Assembly (NCBI GenBank): GCA_965112155.1
Contig: OZ218107.1
Source of the DNA: Podarcis liolepis
Lineage: Eukaryota
Length of the DNA: 64,000 bases
Direction: 5' to 3' (one strand)
Part shown: positions 26,141-39,687 of the stretch, in pieces
Numbering within the stretch: position 1 is the stretch's first letter
Layout: each line of letters begins with the position of its first letter
Notes under the pieces: generated by a model
Told to the model about the DNA's origin: nothing
The model's database searches: none
The model's input: the letters and a program-made list of their open reading frames with translations, nothing else
Made by a program: the position numbers and the translations under genes

Positions 26141-26522
26141 TTTTCATACCAAGTGGGCCACACAATGCCTTGTCGTTGGGGGCAAGGGAGTGAGGCCAAA
26201 ATTTGATGCTCCTCCAGCCCTTGTGCTGCCTTCCCAAAGCCAGCTAAGCAAGGTGCCAGGCTTTGGGAAGGAGACACGAGGATCTGGCAGGGTCCTAGAG
26301 CCATCTCACCTCCTTCCCAAAGATGTAAGAGTGCTAAAAGGCTTTGGGAAGGAGGCGGGAGGACTCTGGGACATTGTCAGAGCCTTCAGGCCTGCTTCCC
26401 CAAAGCCCAGCACCTTGCTTACCTGGTTTTGGGAAGGCAGCATGAGGGCTGCAGGGTGTGTGTGTCAAATGTTGCTGAGTGATGCCAAAAGAGGCCCTTG
26501 GGCCATGTGTTGGACCACCCTG
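26141..26522. mobile_element. hAT MITE lacking its left TIR
   Basis: TSD CTCTATGC at 26133-40 and 26523-30; right end GTTGGACCACCCTG; internal CCTTCCCAAAG/CTTTGGGAAGG repeats. Confidence 0.65.
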
Positions 26523-26556
26523 CTCTATGCCATTCTCATGTTTGGGAATGCTCTAC

Positions 26557-26695
26557 AGGAGTGGGAAACCTTTGGGCTCAACATATTTGCTGGACTACAA
26601 CACCCATCATCCCTGCCCATTGGCCATGTTAGGTAGGACTGATGGGAACTGAAGTCCAGCAACTTCTGGAGGGCTCACAGAGTACCAACTATTGC
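26557..26695. mobile_element. Short (~135 bp) hAT-derived palindromic MITE; relatives near 5440, 45170, 48510 and 57720
   Basis: CAGGAGTGGGAAACCT start; GCTGGACTACAAC..CCCATCA / TGATGGGAACTGAAGTCCAGC inverted core. Confidence 0.6.
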
Positions 26696-27200
26696 TCTGC
26701 GTTTTGTGACTAAAGCATTTCCAAGATTGAGAAGAATAAGGCAGCTTATACAGAACATATCCAACTCACTTCCTTATAAGAATGCCTCATTGCAGGCAAC
26801 TTTTTTACAGGACTATGATATTATTTTTAAACATGCATAATGGCTGTCTTGTGGAAATTATTGGGAAGGTTTTATTCAATAGCGTTTTTATACTTCAGAG
26901 TAATCTTCCAATTTGTTCAACTGGCAGAATGTCAGGATAGCAAATGATAAGTTTTAAGGACAACATTGCATTGCTGTCACTAGATAAAGAACCTGTTATG
27001 TGTGTATCAGAAATCTATGTAGATAGAAATATAAAAATATAGATATATAGTATATTGATTCTACCTTCACAATCAAGACAAGAAAAATTGTGTATTCGGT
27101 ATGAGATGTTATCTTTTTAAAGAAACCTGTAATTTAAAATAGCTATTTATCTGACCATATTCTGTCAAATTATTTCAAAACAACCTTTTGTTGCTTCTAG

Positions 27201-27303
27201 AATGGTACTATTCAATGTGAGGCACTGATCTGCTCGCTTTCTGATTGTCCTCTTAATTCTGCTCCTGCATATATTGATGACAAGTGTTGCAAGGAATGCC
27301 AAC
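27201..27303 (+). CDS. NELL2: NELL2 exon 9 equivalent, VWC1
   Basis: ttctag|...|gtaagt; NGTIQCEALICSLSDCPLNSAPAYIDDKCCKECQ(P); 103 bp. Confidence 0.96.
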
Positions 27304-27555
27304 GTAAGTGGTTGTTTTTCATAGATGTTTTGATGTCTCAGCATTATAACATTTCTAAAGCTTACATCCTATGCAGTAGTCTCCAGCTTGGATGGGACCA
27401 TACTGTAGGCATGATTCATTTAAAGATAAGCATTTGAATACCATTTCTTTCAACAGGTGAATAAAGGTATACGCTTAGCTCTCTATTGAAACCAATGACA
27501 CTTGCACTAATGGCTAGATTATGACTGTAATTACTTTCTTCATAATTACTTACTA

Positions 27556-27830
27556 CACTGGTTGCCTATCCGCCACCAGACCAAGTTCAAGGTTTTGTTA
27601 TTGACATATTAAAGCCCCAAACAGCTTGGGGGGCAGACTGCCTCCCCTACTCTAGTTCATATTGATCTTTACGATCATCAGACGAGACCTGGCTGGCCAT
27701 ACTGCAGCCAGCAGAGTGCCATCTGGAAACCTCTTGGAAATGGGCTTTTTCATTTATAGCACCAACTCTGTGGAATACTCTCCCAAAAGAGATTCACAAA
27801 GCCCTATCTGTTGAATGCTTGATATTTTTC
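27556..27830 (+). mobile_element. Degenerate L2 ORF2 C-terminal fragment
   Basis: HWLPI..KFKVLLLTY motif and FIAPTLWNTLP motif. Confidence 0.7.
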
Positions 27831-29046
27831 CCCTAAAAATCAGTTTCTTACCAAGGTCTGTTTGGATGTTTGAAAGTACCTATCCTGTTCAGTGGCTGAC
27901 TTTCTGTTTTACTTATGGGCTTCCAGTTAATCTGGTTTTCATTTGCATGTCATGTTATTTATATTTTATAAATACAGAATGCTAAGCAAAAATGCCAAAA
28001 ATGCTAAGCAATATATACATTTTCTAATAAATGGCCAAATGTAACCAATTTTAGTTTTAAATCTCTGTGCAATCCATATCAATTATGGGAAAACATGCAT
28101 TTGGAGCACAAAGAATTAAATGTGACTTTCGCAACTAAAAAGAGTTTCAGTGTGTAAGTGTGTGGGAGGGGGTGGGTGAGTTGCTATTGAAACTGCAGCT
28201 AACAGTTTGCAGTGCCAACTCCCTAGAGTTTGCATTAAGTGACAGAGATCAGAGCATTGCTTATTTCAGTTATGCTTCTAGCAGGCAAGTTCTCAAAATG
28301 GTCTTTAAAAATGGTTTTGTATTGTCTGACATTTTCATTAAGTGTTTTAGTAAGGCTGCTAAATGTATGAATGGATGCAGTGAATGCTGACACTTCCTTA
28401 AAGGAAGCAGCCCAGAATCAACTGATACCCTAAACAAAGATGCTTTTCCAGCCATTATCTTTTCATAAGGCTGTGTCTTCCATGCTTTCCATGGAAAAGG
28501 TTCCTGGTTCAGACCATGGTGCTTTAAGGTAGGGCTAGGAATGACTCCTGCCCACTGAATCCCTGAAGATCCACTGTCAGTGTTGACAGGGCTGAGCTTG
28601 ATGGACGAGGGGTCTCACATAGTATGAGACAGCATCTTCTGTATGTAATATACAATTATATGTACATAATATAATATCCAGCTTCCAGACCTTACAGCTA
28701 TTGGATTGTACCCAATGTTAGTCCCAACTACTAGAGAAGACCCATTGAAATGAATGGATCAAAGTTAGTCATGTCTATTAATATCAATGCATTTATTGTG
28801 AGTAGGACTAGCAGTGGCTACAGCCTATTGTATTTAGCACACAGTACTCATACATGCATATGCAACATTTATTTTAAAGTCCTAGATACTTCAAATGATG
28901 TGTCTAACAGTCAATAATGAATAAATAACGAATCATGTAAGTAAATGTACTATGAGTAGGCTATTAAACTTTATTCTGAGAATTAAGTGGTACATGAACT
29001 CCTGAGCATTTATAAGATTCAGATTCCTCCATACTTCAAAAGATGA

Positions 29047-29201
29047 GCCTTCCTGTGGTGCAATGGGTCAGTGTACCTGGCTGTTAACCAGAAGGTTAGT
29101 AGTTCGAGCCCACCCAGGGACAGCTGTGGGAGGGATTCCTGCATTGCAGAAGCTTGGATTAGATGACCCTTGGGATCCCTTCTAACTCTAAGATTATATG
29201 A
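29047..29201 (+). mobile_element. SINE with tRNA-Asn(GTT)-derived head and CR1-like tail
   Basis: CTGTGGTGCAATGGGTCAG..GGCTGTTAACC..GTTCGAGCCCACCCAGGGAC followed by TTGGA-TAGATGACC..TCCCTTCTAACTCTAAGATT. Confidence 0.75.
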
Positions 29202-32200
29202 AATAACTAATAATTAATTGCTATATGAAATAACTGATAATTAATCATTCTCCAGTGGCAGAGATGCAGTAACTAGATTGAATATAATTACCTAACTGAA
29301 TGTGATTGGCTTGTTTCTGAATTTCTGAACTAATTTCAAGCTCATATCACTGACAAATCCTTAAATATTTCAATATTTCAGAATTTTTCTTCTAGGTAAT
29401 CTTTGTTACAGCTGTCAATCTCCTTCCAGACTGCATAGGTTCTTGATTTCATTGCAGTGATGGCAAAGGCAGTGGAATCATACCACAACTCAGAATTACA
29501 GTAGTCTATAATCATAAAATTCAGTAGCAGATGGGCTTTACTCCTGTGTATGAAAATAGGTATTCATAATTAGCTATAGCTCTAGAATAAAATAAAATTC
29601 CCAGTAGCAGTTCTGCGCACTTATCCTGAAATTTATCATATTTGCTGCAATCTTTCAAGCTCACAAGCAGGTGAGCAAGCGAGTCTAGGGGCACTGAGTG
29701 CAACATAGTGTTTCAGCAGGTGAACTAGCTGAGAGAATGGGCAATCTAGTCAGACAGGGCTATTCACAGTGGGAGACAACCTCATTGAGCAATGTATATG
29801 TGCGAGCCAAAGAAAATAGCAGCTAGAGAGAGGCTGAGGATGACAGAGTAATTGGAAAAATGTAGGTGAAATTAGATGCTTTTTGGAGGCTGCAGGAAGT
29901 TCATTGGTTTAAGGATAGAAAACCCAGCAGGCATGTGTTTGCATTGCCTTCTTGTGAGAAGTAGCTGTATGCTTCATTTCTCCTAGAGAAACATTTTAAA
30001 TAACTGGTTTCAAACCACTAGAGAAGTCCTTAATGCAAGAAGCAAAGGTCCAGTTCATAAAAAAGGCATCAGTGGTGTGTTTTATCACAAAACACAGTAA
30101 ACCCTGACATTTTGCGGTTTGAAATTACACCTGTGAAATGAGGTGGTAGGTGTGTGTATTAGGACAGTCTGGTTTTCAGAATGCTTTGTTATCAAATAGC
30201 ATTACTTCATCCATAAAGTGTTCTCCGAGAACCAAACTATAAAGCTGTGCATTCTGCAAAAGAGGAATGTTAGGAAATTCGGGAGCAAGTATCAAGACTG
30301 ACAAGAAAAGAATGATCAGTTATTTGAATCAGATATGTCTACTCTAATTTCATAGCCAAAACACACCGTATCCCTCAGTTCACACAAAACAAAATACATT
30401 GGATATGGGCTAACCAAAGTTAAGCACTGTAAAGTTGCATTTGAACCAAATGCCTTTTGATTTAAGACTGTTTAGCTCTATTAGACTTCAGTGGACTAAA
30501 GTGACACAGATTCAAATGATTATGCTTAATTGTAATGTGCACAGTGCTCAGAAGACTGCTTTAGTGATCAATGGAAATAATGGCTAAAAATAATGACCAC
30601 TTTGGTGAACTGTGATATGATTAACTCAGTAAAGGAAATGAGCATTTTCTTTTCATATCACTACAAAATGATAGGGAAAAGCAGAAATTATAAAAAGGAC
30701 TATAAACGATAGGTTAAAATCAGATGAATAGTTTAGATTAGAACAAAAAGAGAAGTTATGCACACTGGTTGTTTATTTTTCACCAGATTTTTGTACAGTT
30801 CAGTAGAAAATGTTGCAGATCTGCATGTGAGATTCCTTTTTACAAGGCTGCTTACAGACAAAGCTGCTAGATTTCACTTCCTTCTCTCTGTGTTTCTCAT
30901 TTATGGCTTTTCAGACTCCCATCTGTAACTAGTCGTGGAAGTGTGAATCTACTGAGTTTTGCAGTGAGACTTTTTTGTTTTGCGGTGCAGCAAAGCCACT
31001 GGCATTATCCAGTGCCTTATTTGTGTCAAAAAGAGATGCATCTGCTTCATTATTCCCCTACCTGCCATCCAAGAATTCAGACTTTCCTGGGCTGCACTTC
31101 TTTGATCAATACTTTACAACAAATCATGATGTCTTTGAGAAAGCCATAATGCAGTCTTGTAATGGAGGCTAGTAAAGTGGAATAGAGCACTCAAGGAAAT
31201 GTCCATATAAATTAGAACATGTTATAAGAGCAGATTGGATAAGTGAGTGGTAAGACAGCCTTTGAAAATATGAAGTCACACTAAATGTTCAGAAAAATTT
31301 AAGTCAGTCACCTGCACATGGATGTGGCATTCCCCTAGGGGGGGGGGACATTTGTTCTTCCCCTGCTTGCCTCTGCAATGGCTTGCACATCCTACCACTG
31401 GTTCAAGAATGTTCAGTGCTAATTGCTTATTACCCAGTTGCTGTGCAAAAGCTACAAAGAATAGCAGTAAACTTGTCAAGCATTCTAACATGGAGAAGTT
31501 CCTCCATTGTGGAGATAAAATTGACAAAGGGTTTCAACTCTCTTATCTGATTAAGAGGAAAAAGCAGACAACAGTATAATCCTAATTATGTCTACTCAGA
31601 AGTAGGCTTTATTGATTTCAGTGGGTATCACACTTGGATAAACACATATATGATTCCAGCATGAACTATGAAGAGACTGTGGCTTGAATGCTGACTACCA
31701 TAACCTCTACGGTTTTTATATTTGCATAGTCAACTGATCAAACCTACAGTACTTGGTATTGAGTTGACTTGGTCCCATTGTTGTCACAGAATCTCACCAA
31801 TGTAATGCCCTAGCTAAATTGGCTAGATCCAATGGCTTAATTATTTATGAACCCTGTTCCCAAATGTGTGCCAAACCTACTTTTGCCCTCCAAATTAATT
31901 TGCATCATGACAGTAAACTCAGCATATACTGTACTCCCGGCTACAAGCTTGATTTGGAAACACTACAAGCTTGACTTGGAAGAGAACCAATACGACCATG
32001 TAGACAACTAGGATCTTTGCAATCAGGGTAGCCACTCTCCTCTCTCCCCTACCCCTCCTTCTTTTATGCATAGGCATCAAAATGCCTATGGAGCTCAGAT
32101 TGCTGAAATGTGCTACTGTACTCCCACTATTTTTCATGGCTATACCCGCAGTGCAGTAGTCTACCCTCAAATATATTTGTGACCCAAATTATATAGAAAA

Positions 32201-32461
32201 TAGGTAGTTTCTGAACCAGTTTAGTTAAAAACAAAATACCTTCCATTAATATACTACTACCACCAACACTTACTCTGAACTAAGGCTTCAAGCTAACTTC
32301 CCTTATATTGAGCTATGGACGGGTTGGATTGAGTGGTGCTCATTTGCTTGCTTTTGCTGGCTCAGCTGGCTGCCACAGATGGAGTGACACAAACTTTCTT
32401 TGTGGAAGCCGCCCAGAGTGGATGGGGAAATCTAGCCAGATGGGCGGGGTACAAATAATAA

Positions 32462-32502
32462 CTCCTCCTCCTCCTCCTCCTCCTCCTCCTCCTCCTCCTC
32501 CT
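32462..32502. repeat. (CCT)n microsatellite at the tail of a short L2 3' fragment (32400-32460)
   Basis: Directly visible; GCCGCCCAGAGTGG..GGGCGGGGTACAAATAATAA precedes it, and a similar fragment lies at 51650-51730. Confidence 0.9.
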
Positions 32503-33536
32503 ATTTTTGTTTGAATGTATCAAAATTTTCAATCCATTCTTAAAGTATTTGCCTTTGAGTACTGGTTCTGGTATCTACAGCAAATAGCGTTGTTGGTATG
32601 GGAAATTGTGTGAACGTACAGAAAAGATCTTATAATGCTAATTAAATAACTTAGAGTTATTCTGTTTTGCTGCCTAAGGTATAAATAATAAAATAGAAAG
32701 TTTAAGGAAATATAAATTCATTAAGACGATGTGGCACACATATATGAAACTTGTCTTCTTTAAGGAGTTAAAGGATCATAATATTTGCAATATTTTGCCA
32801 GGGGAGAATTAAAAATATCATCATACAGCAAATGTGCTTTACGGGTTTTTCTTTGTTTTCTCCTTTTAAAGAATTTATAATTTATTTTATGTCTAGATGT
32901 TTAGCTCTTTTCCTCTTCATTTCACCCTCACCAGGGAGTTTGCAGAATACAAAACTCCCTTCAGCTAATTATTACTGTAATTTTGTTTCCTGTGCATAAC
33001 AACGTTTAAGATGTTTTAAGGGACAGAGTTTTCATATTGACTGGGAAATGTCATTTTAGCAATGCTCTAATGCTGTATTCTTAATGCAGGTTAGTTTACA
33101 GTCCTAACCCCCCCCCCAGACACACCCCCAGACATGCAAGCACAGATATGCAGCTATTTCAGTATTCCCCAGCAAACATTTATTCATATTTGTGTAGGGA
33201 GTTCATATAACTAAAGCTGCTGCATAGACCAAACCCAGAAATGCTGTGACTGGCTGTAGAAGGTAGACAATATACTAATCATTCAGAGTGACTTACAAGT
33301 GAAATCAAAATCCAATAATGAAAAGCCCCTGTCAGGATCCTTCTAGCTGGATAGCAGATGACTCTGTGGGAGGTAAGGGATATTTTACACTTTCTATTAC
33401 CATTTTGTTGAGCTTTCAAGACAAATATATAGATATTAGGAAGGGAACGAGATAAAGCTGGCCCTGTTCTATGTTCTATACAACAGTTTAGTGATTCTTC
33501 TGATCATTATTTACTGGAAGGTATCTGCCCCACCCC

Positions 33537-33763
33537 TAGAGTGACGTGGGTGGCGCTGTGGGTTAAACCACTAAGCCTAGGACAGGGGTCTGCAACCTTT
33601 AAGACAAAAAGAGCCACTTGGACCCATTTCCGAAGAAAAAAAAACTGGGAGCCGCAAAACTCATCATTATAAAAATAACTTTTTTGTCACTTTTTTATTA
33701 TTTCTTTGTTTGACCCCTCAGAATTACTCCTCCTAATAGAAATAAACGTTAAATTAACAAGTT

Positions 33764-33802
<39 letters not shown>

Positions 33803-34360
33803 CTTCACTCCCCTTCAAAACAGTGACCAGCGTACATGCCCCCTTTCAATGCAGTGACCAGCGTACATGCCCCTTACAATGTAGCGGGTGGGCAGGAAGG
33901 TGACGTCGGGACGGTGCATGACTAACGCACGCACCGCCCCCATGAGACGTCACAGCCAGTACAGCGCCCGCAACAGTGGGGAGTGTCGGGGCGCACAATG
34001 CGCCTCCTCCCCTCGCTAGTATCCGCCCCGGAGCCGTGGCAAAGGTGTAAAAGAGCCACGTGTGGCTCCGGAGCCGCGGGTTGCAGACCCCTGGCCTAGG
34101 ACTTGCCAATCAGAAGGTCGGTGGTTCAAATCCCCATGACGGGCTGAGCTCCTTTTGCTTGGTCCCTGCTCCTGCCAACCTAGCAGTTCGAAAGCATGCC
34201 AGTGCGCTGCTCTGGTTCGCCAGAAGCGGCTTAGTCATGCTGGCCACATGACCCGGAAGCTGTACGCCGGCTCCCTCGGCCAATAAAGCGAGATGAGCGC
34301 CGCAACCCAGAGTCAGTCACGACTGGACCTAATGGTCAGGGGTCCCTTTACCTTTACCTT
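33537..34360 (+). mobile_element. Sauria SINE, split by a hAT MITE
   Basis: GGGTGGCGCTGTGGGTTAAACC head, (ACCTTT)n tail; 15-bp TSD TATCTGCCCCACCCC at 33522-36 and 34361-75. Confidence 0.92.
33583..34093. mobile_element. Non-autonomous hAT (Charlie-like) DNA transposon
   Basis: 15-bp perfect TIR CAGGGGTCTGCAACC; perfect 8-bp TSD GCCTAGGA (33575-82, 34094-101); internal (TG)n. Confidence 0.93.
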
Positions 34361-34474
34361 TATCTGCCCCACCCCATCCCCCAAACTCTAAGGAAATTTG
34401 GAACTCCACAAATGGTGACATGTGAATAACTGTTCTGTATAAGGGACAGGATTCCTTCTGCACACATGCAAATG

Positions 34475-34523
<49 letters not shown>
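34475..34523. repeat. (AAT)n microsatellite
   Basis: Directly visible. Confidence 0.95.
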
Positions 34524-34526
<3 letters not shown>

Positions 34527-37500
34527 CAACCACTCAAAAGGGCCTGAAGAAGCATAAATTCTTGCATGGGGCTTTGCTCGTATTTTCTATACCAGCTTAC
34601 ACAAACTTTTTTGTGTTTAGAGAACATTAGCTCAAAGCTGTCATTGACAATTGCATGTTTTTGTTTAAACCTACATATACTGTAAATGGTAGGATTAGTG
34701 AAGCAAATTAGTTTCTCAAGCATGATGGTTTTCCATTGCAGCTGTAAAAGGCATCTTACATTGTTCTGAGAAAAAAAAACAGTTTTTTTCTGGTTTGCAC
34801 TTTGGAGCATCTGTTTTCCCCAGTTACCATAGTAAGTGGACGGTTGGACTCTCTGTAGATAGGCAGTGATAAATGGCAGTGATTCACCCTATATAATCAC
34901 CACCTTTAAAAAGACGTTGGTAGACACTACTAATTCTCAAGCTATGTTTCTAAAATAGATATGGATTATTATGTACTATGCCTCATGTAGGAAATCACCA
35001 GTTAGTTACAGTTTCAAGCTGTAGTCCCTTTTCCTTTGAACAAACATTTTTAATTCATTCCTGGAACTGTAAAAATTTCTTTTCCGAAGTGAGTTTATAG
35101 ATGTAGCCATTGCTACATCTTTTCAGGCAATTGTTTTGTCATCCAATAAACACACAGCAGTAGCTCAGTCAGTGTGGGGGATCAAAATGTAATTTGGTAC
35201 TTATGTTTCAGAGAATGCATTTTTTAAGTGCTCACATTGTAGAGTCGTACCGAGAGGTCGTGTCAGCTTTCTTCTTTGTAACCCAGTGTATCTGGGGGGA
35301 AAATCCCACCTAGAGGGTTAGCTCTGCTGAAGCAAAATCTCTGTGTCTGCTTCTTTCCTTGTACCGCAACCCTACATAACACAGACATAACTTTTCAGGG
35401 CCACTCAACCCTCTTGCAAGGATTTTGTTTTTTAAGGGCAATATAGAGGGGAAGAGAAAGTTGAGTTGCATGAATTGCGTTCTGGTTGCACAACCATTGA
35501 ATGTCACTCTTAATATTCACTTATTAAGAAAATACTTTCTCCTTCCTTCCCCAACATGGAACTGCTATTTGGTGCAGAAATTTTATGCGTGGAATGTGGT
35601 TGCATGAATGACAGGAGGCATAATTTTGTCGGTTGGTGTCCTAACTGATATGCGGAGTAGCACACTCCCCATGTCTAACCCACAATACTTTCTAAACCCT
35701 TTGATGGCTTGTGTTGGTAGTCTGCTTTCCCATAGGCATACTCAAGGTAGCCAACAAAACTTGGCATTGCTGTCAGCAATTATACCAAATAAGTATATTA
35801 AAAATAGAAATGTTAGTATGAAAAAGCCCTAATAGTGCAATAAATAATGGAGGACTGGGTGTTACTGGGAGCTGATAAAGTCCTGGGGCCACAGCATGGA
35901 TGTCAATTAGACGGTGGACCTTGCCTCTCCTACTTAGCAGTCACAGATATCTGCTATGTCAATAGGAAATATTAGGTTACCTGCTTGGAAGCTGAGTGTT
36001 CCAGGCAGATGCTGGATTGTTCATGCAAAGTTTTTGTAACAGAGAAGGGGGAAACCTAGCAATTATCCACAAGTCTTTGCTGATGGAATTCGTTATCATT
36101 TGTCTTCCTCAGCACCCTCTTTAGATCTGTTCTTCCTTAATATTATTATTTAAGTGACAGTTGAGTCAATCTCCCTGTGACAAGTTATGTGCTAGATTGG
36201 GACTAATGCTTGTGTAACATTAGGAAAGCTTGGGAAAGGGCTGCCTGAAAATACCCCATAATTATTATTTTTTCTTGACATGCCGCAGAAATTCCTTGCC
36301 CTAAATGGTGTTTAAATGTGAATGTCAATGGAAACTAGTGTTCTAATTAAAGAACAATGTATAAAGATAATCTCACTGCATGCTAAGTATAGATAGCAAC
36401 AAAAAACCACCCCACAAAAACCCATTTATAAACCAAAGTTTCCCCCTTTGCAAACAGCTTTTAAAACAGGTGTTATTGTTTTTATATATTTAAAAAAATG
36501 ATGTAATTGTTATGGCAACACATTTGAGACTAAAAATATTGGCTAGTGAGCAATTCCTTAAGTGTTTTATTATATTCTGAGTACCCTGAATATTATGCTA
36601 TATAATATTCTAAGAACAATATACAGTATATTCAATCTAACCCCAACAGAGTACACAAGGCTAATTGACAAATACTATTTGAATATTTAGGGATGACCTG
36701 TTGCATAGCTATAGGGCACATGCTTAGCTCTGTTGGTTTAATTTTCAAGGTAATGCTGGAAAAGGCTTCAATCTGGAACCCTATTGAGTCTCTGAACACA
36801 AAGCTAGATGGGCCATTGGCCTATTTCAGTATAGGTTTGTAAACCACAAACCAGCTAAGCAGGTGAGGTTTGACGTAAGCAAATATATTTTCATTTATAG
36901 CTTTAATGGAATGCTTATCTAATTAAGTGGATGTATATCACTTCAACAAGTTTATAGAAACTGTATCTTATTACTAGAAAAACCTGTGTGTCTATAAGGC
37001 GTTTGGATATCAAACTCTTTTTGCTTACCTACTATCTACAAAATTCCCCAGGGAAGAGCCTTCAGCAAATATCTGTTGGGAGATTTTGGAAGTGAAATTT
37101 CTGGAAGCAAGCCTGCAGCTAGGAGCTGTCACTCACAGTTTTCTCCTCAAAGCACTAGGGCAAGCCTTGTGCCACTGAAGAGAATTAGGGTTGATCCAGT
37201 GCACTGCTTTAGAGCATCAAGCTGTCATGGTCACTTTTAAGAAAATTCAAGAAAATGAGTTATGCTAGACCTTTTCACCAGTAGGGTGGCTAATCCTGTT
37301 CAGCTGAATATCAGTGGAACAAGGCAGTAACAGATTGTTGTAATAATTATACTTGTTCTTCATGTTGCTTCTCCCCTCCATATGGATCACACACCACCTG
37401 AGATTTCACATATCTATCATGCAGATAGGTGAGAGGTCAGAGGGTTATTCATATGCTGTGAATGTTGTACAGGTCAAGTGCTTGGAATTGATATAATCAA

Positions 37501-38438
37501 GACATGCCAGTTCCAAGCACATCCATCTAATATAGAGAGCTGCAGTGAGCAGAAGCTGTTTAAATACTCAACAATGGAAATAAGGAAACGGAAATGCAGT
37601 ACAGTACAATATATAACTATCAGGTTGTTTTTGAAGGGCATGGTAGTGCAATCTGGGCATTTCAGCATATATTCACTTTACAAACTATGCCTAATAAGGT
37701 TGCAATGATTTGATAATTAATTTGGCTAGAATCATTAGTCAAAAACACTTTGATTCACTAAAACGTTCCTCACTGATTAGTGCCATGGTTTAATGCGATC
37801 TGAACATAGATTTATCGCTGAAAAATATAAACAATGGATTGGATCCAGATTTGTTATGCAATCCCAAATATGTATACTCAGAAATAAGCTTCACTGAGTT
37901 GAGCAGGACCTACTCTTGGGAAACTGTGTATGGTGTGCTTAAAGTAGATCAACATGCTATGCTCAGTTAAGATAGATCCACAGCTGAAAATAGTGTATCT
38001 GGTGGCCCTCAAAAAACATAGCTGGTCATTTGGATCTTTCAGATCAAATAATTTTAGGTGAGGCATTTCAAGGACAGTAAACCAATTTGCTCTTGCCTAA
38101 AACGACATTGCAAATGGGCTATCTCTCACTCAGTGGCTACATTTAAGAAAAGCCCACTATCCTGTTATTTCTGTGATATTTCAGGAACAGACATTAAGAT
38201 GAATGAAGATAAAACAGCCCAATAGGGAGTTATCAGTGACAGAATAAACACATTCACATTCCTAGGAGGGATGCCGACAGGCATAAATGAAATCTTCACT
38301 GGACATTGCACTTACATACTTCAGTTCAAGATGACCTGCCTTTCACCCTTATTTCCAAGGTCAAAATACACATCAAAATCCTGTTGGCACGGGAAACTGA
38401 TATATATAGGCTTGTGAAATTTGCACTTAAGAGGCAGA

Positions 38439-38440
<2 letters not shown>

Positions 38441-38477
<37 letters not shown>
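38441..38477. repeat. (AC)n microsatellite
   Basis: Directly visible. Confidence 0.95.
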
Positions 38478-38481
<4 letters not shown>

Positions 38482-38602
38482 TTAAAAGGATATAGCTACT
38501 GCAAGTCGGGAATGCTGAATAGAGAATTCCATATCTTGCTTTGGTGGAAAGCAAAATGAATTGGAAATGGAACTTAGTGTAATCCATCACTTGGCATAGA
38601 TG

Positions 38603-38692
38603 CATAGCTGTCAACGTTTCCCTTTTTAAAAGGGAAATTCCCTTATTCTGAATAGGATTCTTCGCAAGAAAAGGGAAAAGTTGACAGCTATG
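38603..38692. mobile_element. 90-bp hAT-type MITE
   Basis: TIR CATAGCTGTCAAC(G/T)TTTCCCTTTT; perfect 8-bp TSD CATAGATG. Confidence 0.9.
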
Positions 38693-39096
38693 CATAGATG
38701 GTTCCAGTAATGGCACACTGAACAGGAGAGGGATGTTGCTTATACTGTACTAGATTTCTCCATGCACAAATTATCTGAACAGACCTTCTAAGCATATGGA
38801 TGCATGTGAACGCATAGACAGTCCCCCAAAAGAAATATGCAACCACAGACAATCACATGTGACCACAGGCAATCACTTATTATGTTGGCATACATGTAGT
38901 AGAAAATACAAGAATACGATACTTGCCTGCTCCTTTCCATCTATGCTGGTAGTCTTCTCTGTTACTTACCTTGGATTTATAAGATTTTTTATTTTAACAA
39001 AACCCCCAAATGCTTAAAACTTCAACAACAACATTACCACTATTTAATTTGTTTTCAAGAAAAGACTGAAATTCTCAAAGATCTTGGGATTTGGCT

Positions 39097-39432
39097 TTAT
39101 TATTAGTATGTACTAAATTTGTATACTGTCCTTCACCTGAAGATTCCAGGGCAGTTCACAACTGAACAATACAAAATGAGAACACATAATACACAATAAA
39201 ACGAAAACAAGAAGCAGGCCAATAACCCCTCTCCCACAAACACATTTTAAAAAGCCATAAAATCAGACGAGCACCTGGTTGAAGGAAATCGTTTTCACCT
39301 GGCGCCTAAAGATATGTAAAGAAGGCGCAAGGTGAGCCTCCCTGGGGAGAGCATTCCCCAAACAGGGAGCCACCACAGACAAGGCCCTTTCTTGTCTTGC
39401 TACCCTCTGGACTTCTCGTGGAGGAGGCACAT
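39097..39432 (-). mobile_element. L2 LINE 3' end
   Basis: RALSVVAPCLGNALPREAHLAPSLHIFRRQVKT (ORF2 C-terminus) plus 3'UTR and AAT-rich tail. Confidence 0.8.
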
Positions 39433-39687
39433 GAAGACAGATAGGAAGTTCACCTCTAAAGCATCCCATTCATGCTCTGACCTTGAAGCCAGTTATCCCA
39501 CAACCAGACACTTTTCTATCTAATTTACAGTGCCTATGTTTCTAAGTGGCCATTACATTATGTCTAAGCTTACACGATCTTGCATGCTCTGCCAGTGTCT
39601 TAAATATGAAATTTACTTGGGGTATTTGATGTTAAAACTTGTGTACCTAAATTAAACCAAAGTTTTGTACTATTTTCAATTCTGCAG

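Noticed and set aside
26082-26636. Longest ORF in the track (184 aa)
   Set aside because: It runs through two adjacent hAT MITEs; the repeated GFGKE peptide reflects DNA hairpin repeats and there is no protein motif
29047-29122. Functional tRNA-Asn gene
   Set aside because: Mismatches in the acceptor, D and T stems, and fused to a LINE-like tail, so it is a SINE head
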